A stretch of DNA of 64,000 nucleotides, taken from the NCBI GenBank assembly GCA_964035545.1, contig OZ037770.1, positions 10,558,263-10,622,262 of the forward strand, in the 5' to 3' direction. The position numbers and the translations under genes were made by a program. The notes under the pieces are model-generated. The model was not told where the DNA came from and ran no database searches. It saw only the letters and a list, made by a program, of their open reading frames with translations. Shown here piece after piece: positions 1 to 13,749 of the stretch. The stretch is from Bugula neritina. Its lineage: Eukaryota; Animalia; Bryozoa. Each line of letters starts with the position of its first letter. The first letter of the stretch is position 1.

Positions 1-944
1 ATAGCTGTAGTGTGTTATAATGATGACTTCACACAACATGGAACACTTATAGCGCTTTTCTAAATAGCAGTCATTCATCATTTTATGTGGCATTATTAAT
101 TACAGACAAGCTATAGTTTGTTAGCTTTTACACCATACATAAAACTCACATGATGTTATTGTAACGTATTAAACGTCAGTGAATATATTTGTATGCTTTA
201 ATTCCATTTTTTTACATTTTGAACCTTTTTTTTTCAGACTATTCAAAATAGTTATGAAACAATTAGTATATACATAATATGCTACCTTTTATTATAAACA
301 TAGTAGAACAATGGCGCCAAATTATCGAATTATTAATCCATTTTGCATCAATAAAGGTTGTGTGAGTAACCGATCTCAAATGTTTTAAGATGCTATAGTT
401 AATTAGTTACCTTGTCGGCAAGTTTGCATTTGTAACTAAAATATATTTCTATATGCATGGCTAATGCTGTAGGTTCAACTAACTTGATGATTTATGACTA
501 TGTAAGCTATCAAAGTTTTGAAAGACATCGTTGTCAAATAATTTTATTTTATTACACTATTAGCAAAACAATAGATAAGATACAAAAAAGAAATTAAATG
601 CAACTTTACAAAACTTGAATAATTGCAAAACAAGTTTTCTGACTATGAAAGTCTATTGCAAATAGTGTAAAAAATAGCCTCTATCAAATGTTATAAGATA
701 TATTTAAACTAAATATAGTGTATTTAAATTGAAAACACAAATTTTGAAACATTTCATGGATTTTGGCAGTGCAGATAACAGCTTGGCTACTTAAATAACT
801 ATAACTGTCTATATATATCTTACGTCAGTAATATCATCTGTTAAGAAATACTTGAAGATTATATTGGCAAACGAATTATCATGCCAACTACTCAGCCTTA
901 TACAAAAATATTGAAGTGATGGTCTATCAGTTGATCTCTATTTA

Positions 945-1102
945 GGAGCAGTAGTAGAGGAATGGAAACAGCTTAAGTTCTTTAAATTTTTTATTAAACT
1001 TTGACTTGGGACACGGGTTGAAATTTTTGAACGAACACAACTTCTTATGCTACATTTCTACTCTAGAAAACAGGCTTTTCTCCATTTCTCCTTCACTGCA
1101 CT
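945..1102. mobile_element. MITE family A copy (~150-160 bp, TA-flanked TIRs), just downstream of the gene 1 stop codon
   Basis: TA|ggagcagtagtagaggaat ... atttctccttcactgcact|TA. The interior matches the reverse complement of the copies at 21275 and 30670. Confidence 0.75.
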
Positions 1103-1127
1103 TACCTCTTAATTTCTGCTTCTGCAT

Positions 1128-3503
1128 TTATGGAGCTTTGTAAATTTTGACTTCTTTAATGCAGAGTGGGTCGGCGATAGTTCTAGTAATTTCTATTTCA
1201 GTGGCGCATTTAAATTCAGTATCAATATTTTGATAAATCATTGGATTGGTGTTGGCTGTATCATTAGATGCAACATGGAGATCTCTATAGGTTCCACCGG
1301 TTTTTCTTTGTCTGATGTTTACATTCATTAACTCAGAAGCTAAATATAAATAAAATGAATAATTGTTTTAGAAAAATGTTATATTATTTTATTTTTATAT
1401 TATATTACTTATTTTTATTTTTAATAAATATATTATGTTATAAATTAAACTATATGATTGTTACTTTTAATCACTCAGAAATTAAACCTAACACTTTCAT
1501 GCGATGCGTTAGTCATTGTAACTTGCTCATGTTATAATACTAGGTGTTGTAGTATTAGACTTAACAATATATATAGAAAAGCATACATTAGCATGGTGCA
1601 CTTTTATATTAAAATTGAAGAGAGAAAATTAAAATGATTTTTTTTCAGCATTTTAGTAACATTCTCTCACCATAATCCCCTGTACCCCAAATTCGTACTT
1701 CTGCTATTGAGGTTGTACCAGTCCAAATGATTGTAACTCTCGGGAAGGTCTACAAAAGTCAATCAAGTATTATACACGCAATCTCTGTATGGGAAAAATG
1801 GCTTTTATTTGCCTGAGAGATATTTTATCAGAAACTTGGTCACTGAAAAATAATTGCTCTCACTTGAATTCGAACCACAGACCTCTGGCTTGCAGGCAGG
1901 TGCGCTGATTCTTATAACATTACAAGGACTACTGGTAAAACTATATACCAAGTTTAACCTGTGCATGTACTGGTTAAAGTTAAGCTAATTCAAGTCAGCA
2001 AGTAAAAAAAATAGCAAAAATTACGACAAAGGTTTTGAAATACACACTGACCATCGCCAAAAACACCTTGGTTTAGAAAATACTTTTGCTAATTGGGTGG
2101 ATGCTGTTTAACAGATCATACCGCAGTGGTTTGAGTCTGGAGGAGCATCCAGTCATAATTGCTCCTGTACGACATGCAAATAAGTTCTTAGCTAGCTTTG
2201 AAAAACTCGTTTAATCAAGGGTTCTCACGGAGATAGTGACTACAAATTCGCGGGACTTTCAGTTTCCTATCTGTAGCAGCAGGGTTATGATATAAACAGC
2301 GTAACATATAAGTAATAACATAGAAACGCCTGCAGTACAAAAACTACCAGACTTGTATACGCCTTACCTCACTACCTTTATCTATACAGACGGATGTAGT
2401 AAAGTTTCCATCCACCAGAAAATCTAAATCTCCACCATCAATTACTCCAGATTCATCATCAACAGTTACTGCAAGTCACACACAACATAAAATAACAAGT
2501 TAGATAATTTTGTAAATTAGCATATTTTAAGGTTATAATTATAATAGCTAAACAGCAATTTTGTGAAATTGTTTCACCAAAATGATATGCTTATAAGATT
2601 CAAAATAAAAATTTGTTTAATGGTTTGCCAATAGTGATAGCTGTGTTGCATGAGCTTGTCTTTTCCAATTGTGAAAAATGTACTGTAAATGTTTATTACA
2701 AGATTTTAGTAATTAAATTAAATTCATATAGCGAAAAGAATAGATGCATAGTAACTGAATGTTATATATAAAACTATTGTGAGCTCACATTCTATAACAG
2801 GAGGCCCCACAGTAGCAGGATTATAGAAAGTTGTAGTTGGAACTGTAATTGTTGTACTGATCATTGTCTCCGTATCCTGTATCATAGTGTAGGTTACAGT
2901 AGACACCCCCACTTCTTCACACGGTTCTAGAGTTATCTCCCTTGACAAAGAGCAGGTGGCGCTAGTGCCGTCATATGTAACTCCTTGGCAATAGTCCTTT
3001 AAACTTAGACACTTGGATACACACTTCAGCAAGCTATAGACCTCCTGATGTATTTTCTCTTCAACTTGTGTCACACAGCTACCACCTGGTTGTTTTTGTA
3101 ACAGCATGGAGTTCACAGTGACTGTCTACAGTTACACATATAGCAAAATAGCAATAGTATAATTATGATATAATAACAAGTTTTGCCGCAATAGCATATA
3201 ATACACATAATTTAATTCTGAAATCTATTTTCTCGTCATTGATTTTACTTTCGCCATTAAGAATTTGTCTATTCTTGTACTAAATTATCTAAAAGCAATA
3301 CCCATAACAAAATTGTGCGCCTTATATATGCTTCATATTTTAAACATTTAACAAGCAATGTTACTTGCTACTTCATGCTGCAAAATTTGAGAGCTCACAA
3401 TATATAATAAAGCCACATAAAATGTTACATAACAACGTACCTTCACTTTGCATGCTGTTAAATACAGAATAAAAAGCAGCAATACACTTCTGATCACTTT
3501 CAT
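1128..3503 (-). CDS. Secreted PAN/apple-domain protein with Thr-rich linker and C-terminal galactose-binding/F5-8 type C-like domain, 263 aa, 5 exons
   Basis: Exons 3503-3441 (signal peptide MKVIRSVLLLFILYLTACKVK), 3125-2789, 2468-2368, 1749-1671 and 1339-1128. All introns are GT-AG with phases 0/1/0/1, total 792 nt, no internal stop. The PAN Cys pattern is C..CVSKC..CQGVTY..C.L. The C-terminal part has LVDGNFTT, EVRIW and LCIKEVKIY, reminiscent of discoidin/F-type lectin folds. Confidence 0.85.
1760..1937 (-). mobile_element. tRNA-derived SINE (family 2)
   Basis: The minus strand begins ccagtagtcctt and has a B-box-like ggttcgaattc. The head is similar to the copies at 6980 and 7690. Confidence 0.55.
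2121..2252 (+). mobile_element. SINE family 1, 5'-deleted copy
   Basis: Carries the family core ggagcatccagtcataattgctcctgt...aataagt..ttagc...ttctcacggagatagtgactacaaa. Confidence 0.75.
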
Positions 3504-4143
3504 GGTACGGGACTAAAATAAAGTTGAGTCTATAAGATGTATTCCTTACAAACTATACCTTTGACGAATAAGTAACTATTTACTATTTGTATTTATTGGT
3601 GAAAAGTTTGCTGACAGCTTTTAATCAATATTTGACAACATTGGAAACGTGTTACTAGCTAATAAATATTCTCTGTAACATAATTTATATCTATACAGAA
3701 AACTTACATGGCTCTAAACACAGCCAAAAATGACGAAGTAAAATTGTATTTGTCTTGCAATGTTTAACTATTTCTGGCGCCTAAAAACTGATACCAATTC
3801 AATAAAACAATGAAATAATGACCTCAATATAAGAAAATTGAATTAAACTTATCAATAATATTCTTAATAATTAATAAGATATTAGAATCACTTATTTGGA
3901 AATTATTTTATATGTAAACACGTGTTGCTAGGCATAACGTGTTATATATAAGTATACTGCGTCATTACTCAAAGCAATTGCCGCAGACAATATTGACTTA
4001 AGCCTTCAATATAAGCTATTTCAAGTCTTTGGAAAGCAAGTAGAGACAAAGCCAACATTAACTCTTTTACAATAATAGACCTGTATGTAAAGTTTGTGAA
4101 CAGTTTGAATTATAAGTCCATCATTGGTGTTGTTTGTAAGAAA

Positions 4144-4350
4144 CAGCAGCCGCGGTCTAGGGGTTAGAGTCATAGCTAAGTGAGCACTAAGTAATGGGTT
4201 CGAACTGGCAAAGGCCTTTGGTAAAGTTAAGAAGAACATCCAATCATGATTGCTCCTGTGCCCCATCTGAATAAGTCCTTAGCCCGATTTAACAAATAGA
4301 AAGCACTTCCATCAGGGGTTTCTCACAGGAATGACAACTATAAACTCGCA
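4144..4350 (+). mobile_element. SINE family 1, full-length tRNA-derived copy
   Basis: A-box-like ggtctaggggttagag, B-box ggttcgaac, then the family core aagaacatccaatcatgattgctcctgtgc and tail ...gacaactataaact. Confidence 0.8.
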
Positions 4351-4442
4351 TGAGGTTATTGGTGTTGTTTATAAGCTAAATGGCAGAATATACTTTTACA
4401 ATAATATATCAAGTACATGTACACACAAGTACAGTTACAACA

Positions 4443-4500
4443 ACACACACACTCACACACACTCACACACACTCACACACACTCACACACACTGCACACA
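4443..4500. repeat. (CA)n/(CACACACACT)n microsatellite
   Basis: Directly visible. Confidence 0.95.
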
Positions 4501-5793
4501 ACAACTAAAAAGTGGTACTGCTTGTTAATTATATTGCGATAACATTATGATTACCAATAAATTTGTCTTTTATTTATAATTGCATTTTATATAAATAATA
4601 TTTTTTTAAACTGAAACATAAACATAAAAATGGAAGAATGGTATTATAATAAAGCACTGCCTATTACAATAACTCTAAAACTTGACATAAGTAACATATA
4701 TATCAAGATATATGAGCATACAGTCAACAAAATAATCCGTAATAACTATTTCAGCTATAAGTATCAGTTAGAGACCACAAGCCACTCTCATAAAAACATT
4801 ATAACAACAACAACTGTCACAATCACAATCTCAAGAATTTAATTATTACTTAATTCAAGTAAAGTGCAATTAGAATTGTTTTATAGCAACTAAGGTGATA
4901 ATAATGATATAGTGTATAACCTTTAGAGTTTATAGCTGTTTTAGTTTTACAGTATCATAACATTATATAGACACCTTTCAATTGGAATTCAAATAAAATT
5001 AATGTGGATGGCTAAAAACTAAAATTTCAAGTGTGCACTAAATTAAGTAACATCAGCGAGATAGATATTAGTCATTATTCTGAAAAATTGCCATTTGGCA
5101 GATTTCACTAGAGAATAAAGCATTCAGGGACCAGGGTAATACTGTATAGAGTTGTAGCATTGACTTCTTTGTTACATGAGTTAGTTAAATGACTCTGAAT
5201 TTGGGTAATTTGCCAACAATGAAGTACTTTAACTTTGAAGTAATTTTATTGACAATTTTTTTAAAAACATCCTTCAAATAAAATGGCATACCACGTCTCT
5301 GATGTCATACAGTGCTAAACAAATTTAAACTGGTCACAGCATTTTATATTATAGGTCTGCTGATGGAATATTGATCATGTTAGGCACATTTTTTTTGAAG
5401 ATTTGAAATAGCATTTATTTTTCATATCAATATAGATAATTTTTAAAAATCTGTCCATGACGCACACATAGCTGTTTTGTCATCAAAGTTTGTAGCATTT
5501 TATAATACTTGATAGAGCACTATATAACATAGTTCCACAACTAGAATTTATACTAACAAAAGCCATTGTGATCATTATGTTGAATAAAGATACTAGAATA
5601 TGTGCTAGTCATAGTTGCTATGGTAACCTAATATACTATTACAGTATGCTAACTATAGTTACTATATATAGCCTATAGCTATATGGCCACTTTATTTTAC
5701 TAGCTATAAAAGTTACTTTATTTTACTAGCTATATAGTTGCTATAATGGTGACAAATTTACTACAATATACTATGTTGACATAATCACTATGG

Positions 5794-8700
5794 TTACTGC
5801 CGTGGTCTGTTTCCTTCTAAAGTCTGTCTCATGATGTCATTGGCCGTCTGCAACTCTACAATTTTCTGCTCCGTGGTCCTCATCCACTCCTTGTACATCG
5901 TCTGCCATCTGCTCTGAAGCTCCTCTTTTGTCTTTTCCATTTGAGTACAATGCTCTGCTTCCATATGACTTGCCTTTTCTATTAGATGAGAAGATAAAAT
6001 AGGTCTATCAGTCTCTTTATAAGGCACTAGAGTCAAAATGTCACAATAATAGTAAATCGTTGTTAATTATATGACATATTTGAAGGTATAATATTCAAAA
6101 AAATTTCACAAGAATTTAAGCAAAGATCTTATCGTTTTTCTAAAAAATATAGTTTAAATGAATTCAAATTTAGTCTTATTTGCAGTATAAATAACATGTT
6201 TGCCAGTGCTCTCAACGTATATTATATTATAAAGGATTATAGAGAATAATATAATTATATGACATATTATAAAATTTGAAAAATATGATGCAATTATATA
6301 TAACATATAGGCTAAAAACATTGTGTAGCTTCATATGTATATAAAATAAAATATCAAATTATAGCGTAACTGTAACTCTAATAGTGTATAGTATTGGATA
6401 GGAAGCAACTGTAATCTACAGCTTATAAAAAAAGTTTTTGCACAAAGTCATGGGTTTGAGCCCAACAAAGGCCATTGGTGATTTGAGGAGGAGCAGCTAG
6501 TCATAATTGCTCATGCACCATCTGAATAAATCCTTAACACAATTTAACAAAGCTCGTTCTAATAGGAGTTGGTTTTCTAACAGGATGGTGACTATATAAG
6601 CGTATAGCATTGAATAGAATACTAGTAATACATTATAGCGTATTCTATGTCAGCAACACTTGTCTTCGCTTACCATAAGCATCGTTAAGTTTTCCATGGA
6701 GCTGCTCATTTTCCATGAGTAGCGCTGTATTCATTGACTCCACTTCTACGAGCTTAGTCTGAAGAGCAAGTATTACCTCTTCATGGTAACATTCTGCATG
6801 ATGTTGAGGGGATGACTCCAGCTTGGCTTTACTCAACTCTGTTCTTAGCTGTAAAGAAAAATCAATATAACCATGACAGTAATAAGTATAAGATTTAGTT
6901 GTATGTGTTTGTTTTCTTTTGTCCCATCAATAAATTTAATAAAAAAGTAGATAATGTAGAGTTGTAGTTTTAAGATTTCCCAGTAGTCCTCATTATAGTG
7001 TAATGGTTATCGCGCCAGCTTGTAAGCCCATGAGGTGTGCGGTTTAAATCCTAATGGGACAAACATGTCACCAAAAATGAGGCGATAGTGGGGTCCACAT
7101 TTTTCTGGTAACAATGCTATAGGGAAGGTGCACGAGGGTGTATTATACAGTTAAAGACCTTCGACCTACTTATTGAGTGTCAAATGGTACTACTTTGCTT
7201 CATTATTCTACATCGCAAGCTAACATAAACGGCATTTTTATATGTTTAAAATTAATAATTTTTTAATGTAAATTTAGCGTTTTTGGTGACAGTGGTATTT
7301 AAAAAAAATCTCTGCTCTCAGTGGTAAGATTGCTATAAAATATTTATGTTATGCAAAAATTATAGAGATTTCATAGCTCTATAAATGTCTAGATGTAAAG
7401 CTATAGAATAAATTCCTAGTATATGATAATTGCTGGACATAGGATACAACCACAAACAGTGCCTATGCATGGTATTGCTGACTACTTGACTTTGAAACTC
7501 CTCAGGTTTTATAGGGTAACATAAAGATTTAATATTTAAGGTTTTAGTTCTGCTTAATTCAATTATCATCAGTGAATGATAGTTTCAAGGAAAAACAACT
7601 CCTTTAGACTCATTTAATGACCAATCTAAACTGTTGAATTCAAAACTAAAAAGTTTTGATTAATGAAACTTGTAGTGTTGAGTTAACTCAGCAGCCCCTG
7701 TGGTGCAAGGGTTTAGCGCGTCTGCTTGCTAGGTGGAAGTCTGTGGTTCGAACCCCGGTGGGGGGGGGGGCAAAGTTTTTACAAACCGAACCTATTTAGT
7801 AAAAATGCTCTACTGATTGCCAACCACTATTCATGGTTTGTGCGCCTCAGCTAGCTGCACCACTATTGCATCATGAAGCACTTTTGTTCTGTTATATGTG
7901 CTTGTTTCTTTAACATTTAATTACTAAATCTAATTAACTAAACAAACAAACAGGCAAGTGTGTATTCAAAACTTTACCTGTTCTACTTGCTGCTCTAACT
8001 TGTGATTGGTATCAGGTGACTGCTTTAATTCTCTCTGAGGTATAGAAGTGGTGACAAACTCCTTCTCTCTCTTAATAAGTGTGGTGTTCTTGGCCTTCCG
8101 TAATTCATCTAGTTTACATTTTAGGCTCTTAACCTCTGCTTCCAAATCCTTGACCTTCCCTCTCAGCTCTTGCTCAACTTTTCTGTAGATAAACACCTAA
8201 GATGAAATTTTCTGCTGTAAGCCGATACATCGAAAAAGCAAAGCATTTTCCAACACAAAATAATATAATTAAAAAGTTTCATTTTTGAAGTTGTCTTTTC
8301 TCTTTTGGGTTTTTAAGGGGCTAAAGACTGTACCTCACATCATGTTGAAAGCAAGATTTGAGGGCCATTGCTGTGACGCAGAGGTAATTATATGACCAGG
8401 CATGCTCCCTGACATCATAAAATCGCCTTCAAAACCCTTGACTTTTGCCACACTAAGACTGTGTTAAACCATATATTATAGGCCACGCCTACTCTCTATG
8501 ACATATATAACTACTACTTTATAAAATAAGAGGATTATGGCTGCTTTGTCAGACAAATTTTGGCAATCAACAGCAAAAACTGTCTGGAATGTATTTACTT
8601 TTTAGTGCTTTGTAACCATAGCAACGTCTGTATGCAAGGAAAGTCACGTACTGAAAGTAATACAATAAGTAATTTGCTATAGTAAAATTACTAAGATAAT

Positions 8701-9153
8701 AAAACTGTGGTTAACGAGTTATCATATTGCATCACTGATTTTCAGCTGTATTACAGTTTTTAAAGTACCTAAATTTATCTTTCACGCAGAGTGTAATGGT
8801 GAATTAAGAGTATTGTTCAATATTGTAAGTATATATAGAACTAGTAGCTGTGCATGAAACCTGCTTTTGCAACCAAAGGAGCTTCTAATACCATTGTTTA
8901 TTCGAAAATCTTATACCCTTACCTTTGATTTTCAAGTTATAATCAGCTAATCCTTAACGTTGGTTTTAAGGTGTCATTATGTGAATGATTACCAATTATA
9001 TCAATTTGATTGAATACCTGATGCTAATAATTAGTTATTATCATAATTATTATATAAGCTCTATATAACGAAATAATAATAATTATTAAGTTACTTTTGT
9101 TCATTGCTGTAGCCAGTAGTCCCACCAGAAATTCTCCTTATTGGCTTAGACAT
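5794..9153 (-). CDS. Coiled-coil protein of unknown family, 207 aa, 4 coding exons
   Basis: Exons 9153-9095 (MSKPIRRISGGTTGYSNEQK), 8182-7978, 6848-6674 and 5978-5794. Phases are 2/0/1, total 624 nt, open. Heptad-rich, e.g. LRGKVKDLEAEVKSLKCKLDEL. The first exon is less certain than the other three. Confidence 0.75.
6440..6602 (+). mobile_element. SINE family 1 copy
   Basis: gtcatgggtttgagccc...ggccattggtgatttgaggaggagcagctagtcataattgctc...caggatggtgactataagc. Confidence 0.75.
6980..7170 (+). mobile_element. tRNA-derived SINE (family 2)
   Basis: ccagtagtcctc..tagtgtaatggttatcgcg (A box) ..ggtttaaatcc (degenerate B box). Confidence 0.6.
7688..7865 (+). mobile_element. tRNA-derived SINE-like element
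   Basis: tggtgcaagggtttagcgcg (A box), gtctgtggttcgaacccc (B box). It does not fold into a complete cloverleaf. Confidence 0.55.
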
Positions 9154-12100
9154 CACCTCAAAACTCCTTGTCTTTAGCCCATGCAATATTCAAACATTAA
9201 TCAAACTTTTCTTAGCATTGATAAAATAAAGTAACAGTCAGCTTTCCTTATTCAATGCCTAGTTACTTAAGTAGGAAACATAATCAATGCACCTTCGCAG
9301 TGAATAATTGACCTTTGTCAAGTGGATACTGAGATAATAGCATTGATAATAAGCTTAGCTAAAGAGCTACTTGCGCGAATATAATAACCTATTATTGCAC
9401 TGGCACGTAGCTAAATTCGTTTTGGTATTTCACGTTAATCCCTCTTATTGAAGCCTTTCATCAATCACAAGGGCTCAAACAATTCAGACTTACGATAATT
9501 ACTTGATGGATTTTTATTGCACTGCAAGAATGAACTTTAAAAATTTCCCAGGTGTCTATGAAGTGAACTAAATTTTCTCTACATTGTTCTGCCAAGTCAA
9601 GATGAATTTCAAATATATTGCAATAAAATTTGCGATTGTTTAAAGAGCTTAATGATTATTGTAATTGCTGTGTTTTACAGTTAAATATAATTTATACGAA
9701 TGAAATTAATTAAAAGGAAACTTGGTCTTTAAAAGTCTGAGTGTGTTGAAAAACATTTTCATTAATCACCTATTGTTAGGTAATAGTTATGAATAATTAA
9801 AACTACACTTTGACTTGAAGCTACATGCACATTTAATTTTTTGTTAAAAAGAATAAAAAGCATTTTTTGCAACAAAAATATGGCTTAATTAGCAGCAGTT
9901 TTGCTAGACCGCTGTATTCATGCAAGCAATGTTTGCAGATTTGTGGATTACCATGTTTGACGATTAACTATCACGGAGTTTTTCAGAAACTGAATTTTTG
10001 CTGATTCATTGCATTAAATCAAATGCAACGAATCAACAAAAAAATATTTCTTTTTCCAAACACATGTTGCATCACAGGCATATTGTTTCTGTTTTTCTAA
10101 CAAACACAAGAGAACAATCAAAAACCTAATACTTTTACTAGATTATGCAATGTAACAAGGGCGTTATAAACTCCCATAGCAGTTACACCCAGTTTTGCAA
10201 GGCATGCAGTTGTGGCTGAACCACTATTATAAAAAATGAAAGTTACTGGTGCCCAGGTTATATATTTATTCCTGCATTGACTGCTGTAACAACTAGAGAC
10301 ATGCACAAAACAAAACATTAATTATTTGCTAATGAACTATAAAACTATATAAACAACAAAATTATATATAAACATAAATAATAATAAAACCACCTTTTGT
10401 CTCTTTAGTGGCGTAGCTATTGACTTGTGCAATGTAACCAACTAACTAATTACAATAGCTAAAAAAGCATAGCTAGTGGAACCTACTATACCTAGCTATA
10501 ACTCTACACCTGCATGTGTTAATGGGGTACACCCTATAATAGCAGGTTACATAAACTGCTCAAATTTGAATCAGTCTATAAATACTGAGCTTGCTATAAC
10601 ATATATGTATATAGATTTATGCTAGCTATAGCACTGAAAAGTGCTTGTTACTACGGTGGTCTTTCGCTGAAACATCAAATTTAGTATATAATATGAAAGT
10701 ATAGAGAGTATCATACTGCATTGGCAAGTAGCAGATATTACTAGTAACTTATAGAAACCATAATTTTTGCACTAGAACTCAATTTAATTATAAAGTTGGC
10801 AAACTTACTTTTGTACTACATTCCATTCTATAATTAGTATGCATATCTGCTTAATTAGAATGAACAGAAAAGAATAATTACATATTACATGCATGTAACA
10901 TTTTTATGCTATTGAAACATTAAAATTATAACTAACATTATGTTAAAATATTGACTTTTAGCAACTATACACCTGCTTTTGGTAGAAATTCTGCGTATGT
11001 GATGTTAGTTTCCAGAAGCTTTCAGTTACCAGACATCTTATTAACAAAACAATATTCTAACATATGAAAGTGCAAATTTTATTATTCATACGATTATTTA
11101 AATATAATATTCTGCTGTAGCAGTAAAACTACAATCAATAAGTTATGAATCCTAATTATATTCATATAATTAGCTTTTTATACTCTTTTTAGCAATAGCT
11201 AGTAGCTACAGTATTTATTTTGCAGGTTTGTAGAGAGAGCATACTATTTTTGCCTCGTAATCATTCTAAACGAAGAAAAAGAAAACAAAATAATAGCGAT
11301 CATTTTAGCACTAATCATTGTGGCTGTGGTAAGGCCCAGATCCTTAAGAGAAAACAACCGTGTTTTCAAGTTATATAATATCACTAATCCAACATATGGA
11401 AGTAATGGAGAAGCAAACTTTGATAAAGAGATGTAAGTGATTTGCATTGACGTACTTGCCAATACACTCTCAGGGTACTGGTACATGCTGGTAATCTATC
11501 ACGTAGTCGTTGTGGAAGTGGAGAGATTGTAAATAGATTGTTGCAATTCTTATTACTGGTAGCACAACAAGGTGAAGCTTTGCGATTACATGGGTTATCA
11601 GGATTTAGACCAGATTTAGAAGCCAAAGTGTGGTAGAGAGAAATATGTTTTACCCACAAATAACTCCTATCCACCAATGAAAGCTCGTGGCAGGTTGAAA
11701 ATGTTTCCTAATTGTAAAGGTGCACGGGTGCATCCTATTGTTAATGAAGTAGTCCTGAAGATATAGGATTACTGAATACCACATTAATCTGCATAAATAT
11801 TAAACAATATCTTTATTGTCATTTACCACACACAATATCACATAAAACTTGAATAATTTCCAATTATTTTATGTTGCCATAATATACAAGATATAAAAGA
11901 TTAAAAATATATTTATATATTCGGTCTAGAATTTTCAAAGCATAAGATAATACCCAAACTTTCACAATATTGTGGTCATCTTTTCTAACTTGCAGTAACT
12001 ATAGTATGTTTTAGCGGCTACAATAGATGGTTCAGCAGATTCGGTGTTGTATAGGCAGTATGTACACTCGCTGCCATTAGCATTCACTTACCACTAGGCA

Positions 12101-13749
12101 GCCAAACATACCTTATAGCTATAAGGAGAAACAGCTGGAATAATTTTTGAAACAATGTATATTTGTATTGCTTCAACAGAACCAGTGCAAGGACGTCATA
12201 ACAATAAAATAAACTGATGAACATGTTTTTCTTACTAGTGTTGTCTGATAAAGCAGCTACTCTACCTTCAAAAAGTTATTGTCAACTTAAAAGCAATATA
12301 TACAAACATAGCTCAGCAATAGCTTTGTTATAAGTTATGCCATAGAAAATATAGTATATGGAGATCATATTTTGGAAAGCCCACCGTGGTCAGAACTTTC
12401 TGAAACTATTGGGTGTATAGCAGGTGGACATGCTGACTGTGTTTTGAACACAAACGATAACTTGATAGACAATTTATAGGAAGTGATGTGTGCATATCTT
12501 CTAAAGATTATCCAAGATTTATGGCAAGTTGAAGTTGCAGGTTTTATATGCATGATTGCATAATAGCTTATTACGCAATTAAGCAGAAGTGGTTAGATGG
12601 AAAATTTTTTCAGACAATGAGCCTTCACTCATCCGGTTTGTGAAATGTTTCACTGATTCTTCAAGAAATGGCTAGTTTTACTGTGAATGTTATAATTTAT
12701 ATATCTTATGGGCATTTATTTCTTTATGGTCCAAAATTTAAAGTTGCATCCAAAATATATTAAATTATAATAGTTCAATTTGAACATGTTTTGAGATATA
12801 TAATTAAAAAAATATTTGATAGCTAGTTATTTATGACTTTTAAACTTGAAGAGAATTCATTACTAAAAGCTAACATTTTAGGCCCAAATCAAGAAGGCGA
12901 AACTAATATCTAATTCTATTTTTTAAGTCTTCATGGTTTAAACTTTGATATTTTTAGGCAAATATTATAAAGTAATAATATAATTCTAATTTTGAAATAA
13001 AAAATATATATCTTAATCAACAAATTTATACCTGCATGTGTATACTACTACTTCCTAAATAATATTATGGTTAGCCTAGTTTGGCTTATTACTATACTTT
13101 AGTATTTTATCTAAAAATATATATTTTACCTAATTAGTAAAAATAAAAAGATACTTATATGTAAAGATTGTAAAAATTTGACTTATACTTGGTTATTTAA
13201 AACAGTTCAAACAAATTCCAAAGATATTCAATTATACTGCAGGGTATGTATTATACATTATATATACAGCTTATATACAAACTGTAACATCGCTGCCCGT
13301 ACATGGTGCCCGCAACAGGGATTGAACCGCAGTTCTCCAACTTGCAAAATTATAGTTCGCTAGTACACTATTTGGCCTAATGCATATGTATTATTAAAAA
13401 TAATACTTCTGGTTGCTTGTTTTCATTTATTTTGCTGACTCTACTATAACTATATAATATTACATCGTAACACCAACGGAAAACGTTTTTATTTAAATGG
13501 AGAGGAGGAATAATTATAGAATTTTATTACATGTTCCAAGCTCAAACATGCTATGCAAGCCATGTGTTTTGTTTTTAGTCAATAGGATGATGCATTTAAA
13601 ATTAAACAATAATTTACTAACAATGTAGTATAAGGCATTATAAAATGGTTGAAATGTTTACCTGCAGTATATACTATATACAACCTTTAATTTGTATAAA
13701 GAACTCATTTCCAACCAACATTTTATTTTTTCATATCTTATAGACAAAC

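Noticed and set aside
7688-7775. Possible tRNA genes (also 1860-1935, 6990-7060 and 13300-13380)
   Set aside because: A/B boxes are present, but there is no consistent cloverleaf or acceptor stem. They are better explained as SINE heads.
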